NCBI GenBank assembly: GCA_041176025.1
Contig: JBEDDY010000166.1
Coordinates: forward strand, 1 to 29,899
Direction: 5' to 3'
DNA length: 29,899 nucleotides
From: Actinomycetota bacterium
Lineage (GTDB): Bacteria > Actinomycetota > Acidimicrobiia > Acidimicrobiales > Ilumatobacteraceae
The translations under genes were made by a program, and so were the position numbers. Every line of letters starts with the position of its first letter. Position 1 is the first letter of the stretch. Below the pieces are notes generated by a model. It was given only the letters and a program-made list of their open reading frames with translations. It made no database searches and had not been told where the DNA came from. Below are positions 1-8,091 of this stretch, piece by piece.

Positions 1-1473
1 CGACGAGCCCCTCTGCCCCACCCTTGTGTCCAGTCCCTCGGGCAGCGCCGCCACCCAGTCAGCCAGATCGAGGGAGAGGAGTGCGTCCATGCACTCCTCT
101 TCCGTGGCACCGGGGCGTGAGAAGCGCAGGTTGTAGAGAATCGAGTCATCGAACAGGAAAGGCTCCTGAGGCACCACCATCAAACGAGTGCGGAGGTCCT
201 CGTTGGAGACGTCGGCGACATCCACTCCCCCGATGAGGACACGTCCCCGTGACGGATCCGCGAACCTGGCGACGAGCCGACCGAGCGTCGTCTTGCCCGA
301 GCCGGTCCTTCCGACGACGGCAACCACCTGCCCGGCGGGGATCCTGAGCGTCACGTCATGAAGGACGAGATCCTCGGTGATGTCGGTGTCAGCTGTGCGA
401 CTTCGGTACGCGAACGACACGTGTTCTATGTCGATGTCCAGTGATCCTGCAGGAAGCGGGCTCGGTTCGGGATGCTGCGGAGGGCCGACCGGGGTGTCGA
501 GCACTCCGATCACCCGCCGCAGACTCGCCACCGCGCTCTGGGTCTGGTCGAACACCTCCGTGAACTCGGCCACGGGCTCGAGGAACCTGTAGGTCAGGAA
601 GATGAATCCCACGAGCGCACCCGACGTCAATCCGCCGCCCGGGCCGCGCCAGACCCCCACGGCCACCACACCACTCACGCAGAGAACGGAGAACAACTCG
701 CCCGACGGGAAGAGGAACGCACCGATGACCGACGCTCGCACGTACTTCCTCGTCCTCAGTCGCATGAGGTCTCCGATGCGACCGACGGGTAGTCCGGCCA
801 CGCCGTAGGCGTGGAGGGTCTCCGTGCCGGACGTCATTTCGCTGACGGAACCCACCACTTCCGCCGTCACCTCGCGCGTCTCCGACCACGCGTTCACCAA
901 CCGCCGCTGCACCGTACGGAGAACAACGGCGAGGGGTGCGGCGATGGCGAACGCGACCAGGCTCAGCATCCAGTCGTACGACATCATCACCGCCGCGACG
1001 ACGATCATGAGTGTTCCGTCCAACAGGAACGCGAGTGCACCCCAACTGAAGAACTGCTGGAGGGTCTCGATGTCGCTCGTCACCCTGCTGACCAGTGCAC
1101 CCCGCTTCTCGTCGTTGTGGTCCGCAAGACTCAAACGGTGAATGTGCGAGAAAAGTGTCACCCGCAGCGTGTACAGCGCGGACTCCGAACGCAGACCCAG
1201 CCTGACCACGGCCGTCCGCTGGCAGATGCTCGTCACCACGACGAGCATCACACCGATCACCGAGAGCCGGGTCACGTACCCGACGCGGACATTGCCGGGC
1301 CTCACCCCGTGATCAATCGCCAGCTGCAGCAGAATGGGGATCGCCACCCGCGCGCCCGCACCCACGGCGGCGAGAGCGAACGTCACACCGAAGCCGTGGC
1401 GGAGTGCCGGCGCGATCTCGACACTGCGGCCGATGATGCCGAACGTTCCCCTTGTGTCGTCCCTCTCCGTCAT
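1..1473 (-). CDS. ABC exporter subunit (TMD+NBD), partial; runs off the window start
   Basis: Missing from the ORF track because no stop lies in the window. ATG at 1473 overlaps the upstream gene's TGA (ATGA, 1470-1473). Hand translation: MTERDDTRGTFGIIGRSVEIAPALRHGFGVTFALAAVGAGARVAIPILLQLAIDHG...; Walker A GRTGSGKT; Q-loop VPQEPFLF; ends LPEGLDTRVGQRGSS just before the signature motif. Confidence 0.93.
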   Translation of the reverse strand, partial: MTERDDTRGTFGIIGRSVEIAPALRHGFGVTFALAAVGAGARVAIPILLQLAIDHGVRPGNVRVGYVTRLSVIGVMLVVVTSICQRTAVVRLGLRSESALYTLRVTLFSHIHRLSLADHNDEKRGALVSRVTSDIETLQQFFSWGALAFLLDGTLMIVVAAVMMSYDWMLSLVAFAIAAPLAVVLRTVQRRLVNAWSETREVTAEVVGSVSEMTSGTETLHAYGVAGLPVGRIGDLMRLRTRKYVRASVIGAFLFPSGELFSVLCVSGVVAVGVWRGPGGGLTSGALVGFIFLTYRFLEPVAEFTEVFDQTQSAVASLRRVIGVLDTPVGPPQHPEPSPLPAGSLDIDIEHVSFAYRSRTADTDITEDLVLHDVTLRIPAGQVVAVVGRTGSGKTTLGRLVARFADPSRGRVLIGGVDVADVSNEDLRTRLMVVPQEPFLFDDSILYNLRFSRPGATEEECMDALLSLDLADWVAALPEGLDTRVGQRGSS

Positions 1474-3221
1474 GCGCCGGACCCGTTCTCCCGGCGGTCG
1501 TCATCAAAGGCCTCGATCAGCGAGCGATAGTCGCTGTTCGCCAGCACGAGTTCGTCGTGGGCACCCTGGACAACCCGCCCGTTGCCGTCCATGAACAGGA
1601 CGTTGTCCGCCACCGAGATTGCCGAGGGACGCGAGGCAACCATGACGATGGTCCGCGCCGAGTCGCTCGCGACAAGGTTGCCGAGCACCCGCAGTTCGGT
1701 CGAAGGGTCGAGTGCAGAGGTGGTGTCATCGAGCAGCAGGAGATCCGGCCGTCGCACGAGAGCCCGCGCAAGGGCAAGCCGTTGCCGTTGACCGCCGCTC
1801 AGGCTGACTCCTCTCTCCCCGAGCGACGTGTCCAGGCCGTCCTCGAGGTCGAGAAGGAACTCGGCATCGGCAACGCGGAGAGCGTCACGAACGACGTCCT
1901 CGTCCGTGTCGGAGCCCAGACAGAGGTTGAACCGGACGGATTCGGAGAAGATGAACGCCTCCTGGAACACCATTGTCACGCCTCCCCCGGTCACTCCGAG
2001 TCGGCCCGACCGGAGCGGGACGATTCCCATGATCGCCTCGAGAAGAGTCGTCTTGCCGCATCCGGTTGCACCCACGAGGGCAGTCAACGTTCCCTCGGGC
2101 ACCGTGAAATTGGCCTTCTCCACGACGGCCACCTCGGGGATGTGCCTCACGACCACGTCATTGGCGCTCAAGGCGACACCCGGGTCCGTTGTCCCCAGCG
2201 ATGCACGGGGGTCATCAACCAAGGGGTCATCGAGAACCTCGCGCACTCGCCTGTACCCCGCGTATGAATGCGGGATCTCGGAGAAGACGTATCCGATGAG
2301 CCTCAGCGGGATCACCAGCAGAGTGAAGAGATACATCGCCGCGGCAAGGTCGCCGACCGTGATGTGCCCCGACCTCACCCGCAGCGCACCGACCGAGAGC
2401 AGGACGAGGTTGGCGACGGACGGAACCGTGTCGAGCATCATCTCGAACGTGGCCCTCGCGCGCATCGACCGGACCCTCGCATCCCTCAACAGCCCCGTGA
2501 TCTCCGAGAGCCTCTCGGTCTCTCGGTCCTCCGCACCGAACGCTTTCACCACCGCAACGCCCTCGAAACTCTCGAGAGCGGCCTCCGACAGGCGTCCCAT
2601 CTGCTTCTGGGCCTCGTCAAAATGCCGGTCGACACGGCGTTGGTAGCCAACGTTCATGAACACGAGAAGAGGCAGCACAACCATGGCGACCGCACCGAGG
2701 ACGGGATCCATGACGGTCAGTCCGACGGCGCTCGCCACGAGCATCAACACCACGGAACTGCCGTACGGCAACGGGGCGAGAACCGCAACGGCTGCCTCGA
2801 CGTCAACGTTTGCTCTCGCCACGAGGTCCCCCGTCTGGTGCCGACGGTGCCACACCACGGGCTGCTCGGCGTACCGGCGGACGACCTGGACGCCGAGCTT
2901 CTCTGCCACGCCCCACTCGGTGCGGCCGGCGAATGTCCGCCTCACCACGACACCGGCCGCCCTGACGACGGAGATCGCGATGATCAGCAGGCATGCCGCA
3001 ACGACGGTTGACACCGCCACCCCGCCCTCGTCGAACCTGGCCACCACGACGTGGTCGATCATCCACTTGACCCCGAGCGAGGACCCCGCGGTGCAGAGAG
3101 CGAACACTGCCGCGCCCGACACGGCAACGACGAAAGGCGCCCGTTGCAATCGCACAAGGTCGGAGATCAGGCCGAGACCCCGCCGGAAACGCGAATCGAC
3201 GTCGACGTTTTCCGCACTCAC
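1470..3221 (-). CDS. ABC exporter subunit (TMD+NBD) with degenerate ATPase motifs
   Basis: Multiple hydrophobic helices, Walker A GATGCGKT, signature LSGGQRQR, Walker B LLLDD, D-loop SALD. Start moved from 3293 to GTG 3221, which has a CACAAT hexamer 7 nt upstream. Confidence 0.92.
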   Translation of the reverse strand: MSAENVDVDSRFRRGLGLISDLVRLQRAPFVVAVSGAAVFALCTAGSSLGVKWMIDHVVVARFDEGGVAVSTVVAACLLIIAISVVRAAGVVVRRTFAGRTEWGVAEKLGVQVVRRYAEQPVVWHRRHQTGDLVARANVDVEAAVAVLAPLPYGSSVVLMLVASAVGLTVMDPVLGAVAMVVLPLLVFMNVGYQRRVDRHFDEAQKQMGRLSEAALESFEGVAVVKAFGAEDRETERLSEITGLLRDARVRSMRARATFEMMLDTVPSVANLVLLSVGALRVRSGHITVGDLAAAMYLFTLLVIPLRLIGYVFSEIPHSYAGYRRVREVLDDPLVDDPRASLGTTDPGVALSANDVVVRHIPEVAVVEKANFTVPEGTLTALVGATGCGKTTLLEAIMGIVPLRSGRLGVTGGGVTMVFQEAFIFSESVRFNLCLGSDTDEDVVRDALRVADAEFLLDLEDGLDTSLGERGVSLSGGQRQRLALARALVRRPDLLLLDDTTSALDPSTELRVLGNLVASDSARTIVMVASRPSAISVADNVLFMDGNGRVVQGAHDELVLANSDYRSLIEAFDDDRRENGSGA

Positions 3222-3227
3222 CCTGCC

Positions 3228-3234
3228 TATTGTG
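3228..3234. promoter_or_regulatory. Overlapping -10 hexamers: TATTGT (+, 3228-3233) and CACAAT (-, 3229-3234)
   Basis: Lies in the 50-bp gap between divergent genes. The minus-strand hexamer is 7 nt from the ABC GTG (leaderless geometry). Confidence 0.5.
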
Positions 3235-3271
3235 TCAGTGCCGTCGTCCGCGCCACGGCAACCGCGACACC

Positions 3272-3763
3272 ATGGACAGAATCGACCCCGCACTTCTCCT
3301 GCTCAGGACGGTCTTCGGGCTCTTCCTCGCGTACCACGGGCTGAACAAGGTGAAGAGTGGCATTGCAGGCACCGCCGGCTGGTTCGCATCGATCGGCATG
3401 AAGTGGCCGAGACTGCAGGCGTTCACCGCTGCGACGACAGAGATGGTCGCAGGTGTCATGTTTGCCGCGGGATTGGCGACACCGCTGGCCGCCGCCGCGA
3501 TCATTGCCACGATGACGGTCGCAATCGTCACCGTCCACTGGCGCGTCGGTTTCTTCATCTTCCTGCCGAACGGCGGTTGGGAGTACTGCGCCTCGATCAT
3601 CGCGGTCGCCGCGGCGGTCTCCATCGGCGGAGCCGGGGAATTGACCCTGGACAGTTTGCTCGGCTTGGCCTGGGATCCTGCCGTCGGGCTCGGTGCCGTC
3701 GGCATGGGTTTCGTCCTCGCTGTCACCCATCTCGCCCTGTCACACAGGCCGGGAGGATCCTGA
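3272..3763 (+). CDS. DoxX family membrane protein
   Basis: LLLLRTVFGLFLAYHGLNK (DoxX LRxxxGxxfxxHGxxK pattern), TEMVAG, GGWEY and four hydrophobic segments. ATG 3272 preferred over TTG 3230. Confidence 0.85.
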   Translation: MDRIDPALLLLRTVFGLFLAYHGLNKVKSGIAGTAGWFASIGMKWPRLQAFTAATTEMVAGVMFAAGLATPLAAAAIIATMTVAIVTVHWRVGFFIFLPNGGWEYCASIIAVAAAVSIGGAGELTLDSLLGLAWDPAVGLGAVGMGFVLAVTHLALSHRPGGS

Positions 3764-3764
3764 G

Positions 3765-4280
3765 ATGTCGCGCACCGTCGCACTCGCCGTGAAGATTCTC
3801 GGTGGAGCATTCATCGTGTTCATGTGGTTCTACGCGTACGTGCTCGCACCGCGCGAGAGCGCAAACAACATCGACGACAGGGACTGGTCCGCCCGTTCGG
3901 AGGCAACATGCGCCAGGGCCGCGGAGTACCGCACGGGACTGGCCGACATGAGCAGGATCGACCCCGGCGACGCCTCGGCCCTGCGCAAGAAGGCCGACAT
4001 CATCGACCTCGCCACCGATTCGGTCGTTCAGGTGCTCGACTCGATCGCGGCCGACACCCCGGCAACCGCGAAGGGTCGGGAACTCGTTCCGGAATGGATC
4101 AAGGACTTCCGTGTCTACGTGGAGGACCGACGCGACTACACGAGCCGCATGAGGGCAGGCAACCTCGTCGAGTTCAGCGAGAGCATCGTGGAGGGCATCC
4201 CCATCACCGAGCGTCTCGGGAAATTCGCACGCGAGAACTTCATGCCCGCGTGCCAACCCCCGAGGGATCTTCAGTCCTAG
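3765..4280 (+). CDS. Hypothetical protein with one N-terminal TM helix
   Basis: ATG 1 nt after the DoxX stop. Hydrophobic stretch VKILGGAFIVFMWFYAYVL followed by a soluble, helical-looking domain with two Cys (ATCAR, PACQPP). Confidence 0.75.
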   Translation: MSRTVALAVKILGGAFIVFMWFYAYVLAPRESANNIDDRDWSARSEATCARAAEYRTGLADMSRIDPGDASALRKKADIIDLATDSVVQVLDSIAADTPATAKGRELVPEWIKDFRVYVEDRRDYTSRMRAGNLVEFSESIVEGIPITERLGKFARENFMPACQPPRDLQS

Positions 4281-4906
4281 GTCGGTTCGGTCGCGACAGG
4301 GGCCCAGTTCCTGCCGTCGAAACGCCTGATCACACGTGCGGGAGCACCCACTGCCACGCTGAAATCGGGAATGTCATGCGTGACGACGGAGTTGGCCCCG
4401 ACGACCACGTGACGTCCGATGGTCACACCCGGGAGAACGACGGTCCCGAACCCGAGCCAGGAACCGTCGCCGATCCTGACGGGACGCTCCGGCTGGGTCT
4501 GTGTCGATATGGGACGCGAGACATCCTCGTACCCGTGGTTCTGGTCCGTGATGTACACGTTGTGACCGGTCCACACGTCGTCACCGATCTCGATCGAGAA
4601 ATGACCGACGATTCCGCTCCCCCTGCCGATCAGGCACCTGTCACCGATCGACACCACACGGTCGGAGATGCACTTCTGGCCGGGGACCATCCCCGCGGAG
4701 AGCGCAACGTGCGGGCCGATCATCGTGTGCTCACCGATGTGGATGTAGGACTCGTTGAAAATCGTCGTGACCGGCCACATGATGATGCTCCGGTGACCGA
4801 AGGAACCGAACCGGCGGCCCCGTTCGTCATCGGGACCGATGGCGGCCCAGGCATTCAGGGATTCTGTCGCTCGTGCCCACAACAGCCCCAGACGACGCCT
4901 CAACAT
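4277..4906 (-). CDS. Hexapeptide-repeat (left-handed beta-helix) acyltransferase
   Basis: Repeats IHIGEHTMIG, VSIGDRCLIG, IEIGDDVWTG, VRIGDGSWLG, VTIGRHVVVGANSVV; ITDQNH; VAVGAPARVIR. Confidence 0.9.
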   Translation of the reverse strand: MLRRRLGLLWARATESLNAWAAIGPDDERGRRFGSFGHRSIIMWPVTTIFNESYIHIGEHTMIGPHVALSAGMVPGQKCISDRVVSIGDRCLIGRGSGIVGHFSIEIGDDVWTGHNVYITDQNHGYEDVSRPISTQTQPERPVRIGDGSWLGFGTVVLPGVTIGRHVVVGANSVVTHDIPDFSVAVGAPARVIRRFDGRNWAPVATEPT

Positions 4907-4912
4907 GGAACC

Positions 4913-4918
4913 ACGCTA
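4913..4918 (-). promoter_or_regulatory. -10 element TAGCGT, leaderless acyltransferase transcript
   Basis: TANNNT hexamer 6 nt upstream of ATG 4906; no Shine-Dalgarno. Confidence 0.6.
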
Positions 4919-4941
4919 CCGAGCCGGTCGTCAGCGGAAAG

Positions 4942-4947
4942 TACGGT
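4942..4947 (+). promoter_or_regulatory. -10 element TACGGT, leaderless carboxylesterase transcript
   Basis: TANNNT hexamer 6 nt upstream of ATG 4954; no Shine-Dalgarno. Confidence 0.6.
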
Positions 4948-4953
4948 GTGGCC

Positions 4954-6375
4954 ATGACAACAGCAGTCGAAGCACCCACCGGTCACTACGTGGGTCTGCC
5001 CCCGAAAGACGGCATCCGCGAGTTCCGCGGCATCCGGTACGCGACTGCCGGGCGATTCGCCGAACCTGTCCAGCAGGTCGCACACCAGGGAACGGTGGTG
5101 GCCGACACGTTCGGGGGCATCGCATACCAGGTTCCGGGCTTCCTCGAACTGAGCCAGGGGATGTCAGTCGATGACATGAGCGAGGACTGCCACTTCCTCA
5201 ACATCTTCGTCCCGGATGATGCGACGCCGGAGAGCAAGCTCCCGGTTCTCTTCTGGGTCCACGGTGGTGGCTTCGTGAACGGCTCGGGGTCCGCCGAGTG
5301 GTACAGCGGCGGCAACCTCGCGCGCAGGGCTGCAGTCGTCGTCACCATCAACTACAGGCTCGGCGCATTCGGCTATCTGGGCGACCGCAACCTCGGCCTG
5401 CTCGACCAGGTGTGCGCCCTGCGCTGGGTCAGGGACAACATCGCGGCCTTCGGGGGTAATCCCGGGAACGTCACCGTCTTCGGAGAATCAGCGGGGGGTT
5501 CGGCCACGGTCTCCCTGATCGCATCCCCGATGACCACGGGTCTCATTCACCGCGCGTGGGCAATGAGCCCGAGCATCGGCCAATACAGGGACAGCGAGAC
5601 GGCGGGCGTCATCGAGCAGATGTTCCTCGAGGAACTCGGCGTCGCATCCCTCGTGAAGGCGATGGACGTTCCCGCAACGGAGATCCTCGACGCACAGACG
5701 AGGGTGTCGGCACGCCGCATCGGGGCTTCCGACAACTTCGCGCCCACGCACGGTGGGGCCGGACTCTCAGGTCACATCGTCGAAACGGCCTCCGTCAGTC
5801 CCGTGCCGCTCGCCATGGGATCCAACCGTGACGAGAGCAGGTTGTGGACCGCTTTCGATCCCGCCTTTGCCGCCAAGACGGAGGCGGACTGGACCAAGCA
5901 CCTCGATCGAATATTCGGCAGTGCCGCCGGGACCGCCCGCGCCGTCTACGAGGAGCTCAGGCCCGGCGAGTCCTACGGGCAGTTGATCACGGCCGTGAAC
6001 TCTGACGTTGCCTTCAGACAGCACGTGCGAGAGCTCGCGAACCGTCGGGACGCCGTTTCCAATCCCACTTGGGTCTACTGGTTCACGTGGGCGTCCACCG
6101 CCCTCGGCGGCCAGCTGGGCTCGTGCCATGCACTCGACATTCCGTTCGCATTCGACAATCTCGACGCCCCCAAGGTGCGCGGGCTCATCGGCCACGACGC
6201 CGACACGGGAACGTTGGCCACGGAGTTCGCAGACCACATCGTCCACTTCGCCGTCCACGGGCACGCAGCATGGGCCCAGTACGACCGCAAGAACGGGGCG
6301 ACACTGCGGATGGACCTTCGGTCAGAACTGCTGTCGCACCCCGAGAACGAGATCCATTCCTTGTTCGGCAACTAG
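4954..6375 (+). CDS. Type-B carboxylesterase/lipase (alpha/beta hydrolase)
   Basis: FRGIRYA, SEDCHFLNI, WVHGGGF (oxyanion hole), NYRLG, nucleophile elbow FGESAGG, GSNRDE (acid), CHALDIPF (His). Confidence 0.92.
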   Translation: MTTAVEAPTGHYVGLPPKDGIREFRGIRYATAGRFAEPVQQVAHQGTVVADTFGGIAYQVPGFLELSQGMSVDDMSEDCHFLNIFVPDDATPESKLPVLFWVHGGGFVNGSGSAEWYSGGNLARRAAVVVTINYRLGAFGYLGDRNLGLLDQVCALRWVRDNIAAFGGNPGNVTVFGESAGGSATVSLIASPMTTGLIHRAWAMSPSIGQYRDSETAGVIEQMFLEELGVASLVKAMDVPATEILDAQTRVSARRIGASDNFAPTHGGAGLSGHIVETASVSPVPLAMGSNRDESRLWTAFDPAFAAKTEADWTKHLDRIFGSAAGTARAVYEELRPGESYGQLITAVNSDVAFRQHVRELANRRDAVSNPTWVYWFTWASTALGGQLGSCHALDIPFAFDNLDAPKVRGLIGHDADTGTLATEFADHIVHFAVHGHAAWAQYDRKNGATLRMDLRSELLSHPENEIHSLFGN

Positions 6376-6404
6376 GACAGGTTTCACGCACTCGCACCCT
6401 GTCC
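6375..6404 (+). terminator. Possible hairpin after the esterase (GGACAGG-N16-CCTGTCC)
   Basis: Perfect 7-bp inverted repeat starting at the stop codon; long loop and no U-tract. Confidence 0.3.
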
Positions 6405-6423
6405 GACGCGCGACAGCCGCCCA

Positions 6424-6429
6424 TAGCCT
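6424..6429 (+). promoter_or_regulatory. -10 element TAGCCT, leaderless panB transcript
   Basis: TANNNT hexamer 7 nt upstream of ATG 6437. Confidence 0.6.
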
Positions 6430-6436
6430 TGGGGAT

Positions 6437-7249
6437 ATGGACCGCACCAAGATGACCGTCCCGCGCGTGCATGCATCCAAGGACTCAGGCACACCCCTCG
6501 CGATGATCACGGCGTATGACGCGCCCTTTGCTGCGATCGTGGACGAGGCCGGGGTCGACCTCATTCTCGTCGGAGACTCCGTCGGGACCGTGATGCAGGG
6601 CCAGCGAACCACCATCCCGGTCTCGATGGAGGACATGGAGTACCACGTTCGGATGGTGGCGTCGGCGCGACCGAAGGCACTGATCGTCGGCGACATGCCG
6701 TTCGGCTCGTACCAGGCAGATTCCGCCGATGCAGTCCGGAACGCCGTGCGGTTGATGAAGGCAGGGGCGGAATGCGTGAAGCTCGAGGGCGGGGTGAACG
6801 TCGCCGACCGCATCGCTGCGATCGTGAGAGCGGACATTCCCGTGATGGGACACATCGGCCTGACACCGCAGAGCTACCACCGGATGGGTGGCAACCGCAT
6901 CCAGGGTCGCAACAGCGGCGACACTGCCGGCTCGAGAGAGAGACTCATCGAGGACGCCCACTCTGTCGAGCAGGCCGGTGCGTTCGCCCTCGTCATCGAG
7001 GGCGTGCCGGCAGGACTCGCGGCAGAGATCACCGAGAAGGTTTCCGTACCCACCATCGGGATCGGCGCCGGCCCGTCATGCAACGGCCAGGTTCTCGTCC
7101 TTCATGACGTCCTCGGGCTCTCCCCGCGCAAGCTCTCGTTTGCCAAGCCGTACGCGCGACTGCACGAGGCGTCCATCGCCGCGGTGCGCGAGTACGCGGC
7201 GGAAGTGCGCAACCGGACATGGCCGGACGAGGCCCACAGCTTCGACTGA
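6437..7249 (+). CDS. panB: 3-methyl-2-oxobutanoate hydroxymethyltransferase
   Basis: MITAYDA, ILVGDS, VGDMPFGSY, VKLEGG, GHIGLTPQS, TIGIGAG, GQVLVLHDVLG. Confidence 0.97.
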   Translation: MDRTKMTVPRVHASKDSGTPLAMITAYDAPFAAIVDEAGVDLILVGDSVGTVMQGQRTTIPVSMEDMEYHVRMVASARPKALIVGDMPFGSYQADSADAVRNAVRLMKAGAECVKLEGGVNVADRIAAIVRADIPVMGHIGLTPQSYHRMGGNRIQGRNSGDTAGSRERLIEDAHSVEQAGAFALVIEGVPAGLAAEITEKVSVPTIGIGAGPSCNGQVLVLHDVLGLSPRKLSFAKPYARLHEASIAAVREYAAEVRNRTWPDEAHSFD

Positions 7250-7251
7250 AC

Positions 7252-8091
7252 ATGCAGGTCTTCCACGACGCCGCTTCCATGCGTCGTTTCTCGCGCGAAA
7301 CCAAGCTAACCGGAGGGAGCATTGCCTTCGTGCCGACAATGGGGGCACTCCATGCCGGGCACATGGAACTGGTCCGCCGGGCACACCTTCTCGCAGACAC
7401 GGTCGTGCTGTCCATCTTCGTGAACCCCATGCAATTCAACGTTCGGAGCGATTTCGACAGGTACCCGAGGGATTTCCGTGAGGACTCGCGTGTCGCCGAG
7501 GAAGCCCGGGTGTCGGTCATCTATGCGCCGTCACCTGAGCAGATGTACCCGCCGGGCTTCGACACCACGGTCCATGTCGAGCGCACGGCGACCCCACTCG
7601 AGGGTGCGGGTCGGCCGGGGCATTTCGACGGCGTCGCAACCGTCGTCACGAAACTGTTCAACGCGGTGCAGCCGGATTTCGCGTTGTTCGGCCGGAAGGA
7701 CCACCAGCAGCTGGCAGTCGTCACCCGCATGGCAACCGACCTCGACATGGGCATCACCATCGTCGGGGTGGACACGGTCAGGGAACCGGACGGACTTGCG
7801 CTGTCGAGCCGGAACGTGCGCCTGACCCCGGCACAGCGCGGACAGGCGCCCGCGATTCACCGCGCACTCACCGAGGCGCGCGACATGCTGGGGCGCGGGT
7901 CCAGCCCCGATGACGCGCGGGCTCACTTCGCCGGTCGACTGGCAACCGTCGACGGGGCGCGCGTTGAATACGTCTCGGTCGCCGATGCACAGTCCCTTGA
8001 GGAGCTCTCTGTCGTGACGGGTCCAGCGGTCATCAGTTGCGCCGTCTGGTTCGGCGATGTCCGCCTCATCGACAATCTCCCCGTGCCATGA
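7252..8091 (+). CDS. panC: Pantoate--beta-alanine ligase
   Basis: FVPTMGALHAGH (HIGH-like), SIFVNPMQF, RPGHFDGVATVVTKLF, FGRKDHQQ, REPDGLALSSRN, RLIDN. Confidence 0.97.
   Translation: MQVFHDAASMRRFSRETKLTGGSIAFVPTMGALHAGHMELVRRAHLLADTVVLSIFVNPMQFNVRSDFDRYPRDFREDSRVAEEARVSVIYAPSPEQMYPPGFDTTVHVERTATPLEGAGRPGHFDGVATVVTKLFNAVQPDFALFGRKDHQQLAVVTRMATDLDMGITIVGVDTVREPDGLALSSRNVRLTPAQRGQAPAIHRALTEARDMLGRGSSPDDARAHFAGRLATVDGARVEYVSVADAQSLEELSVVTGPAVISCAVWFGDVRLIDNLPVP

Noticed and set aside
6376-6436. Riboswitch or pan-motif RNA upstream of panB
   Set aside because: Only 61 bp, and the -10 position implies a leaderless transcript with no 5' UTR.
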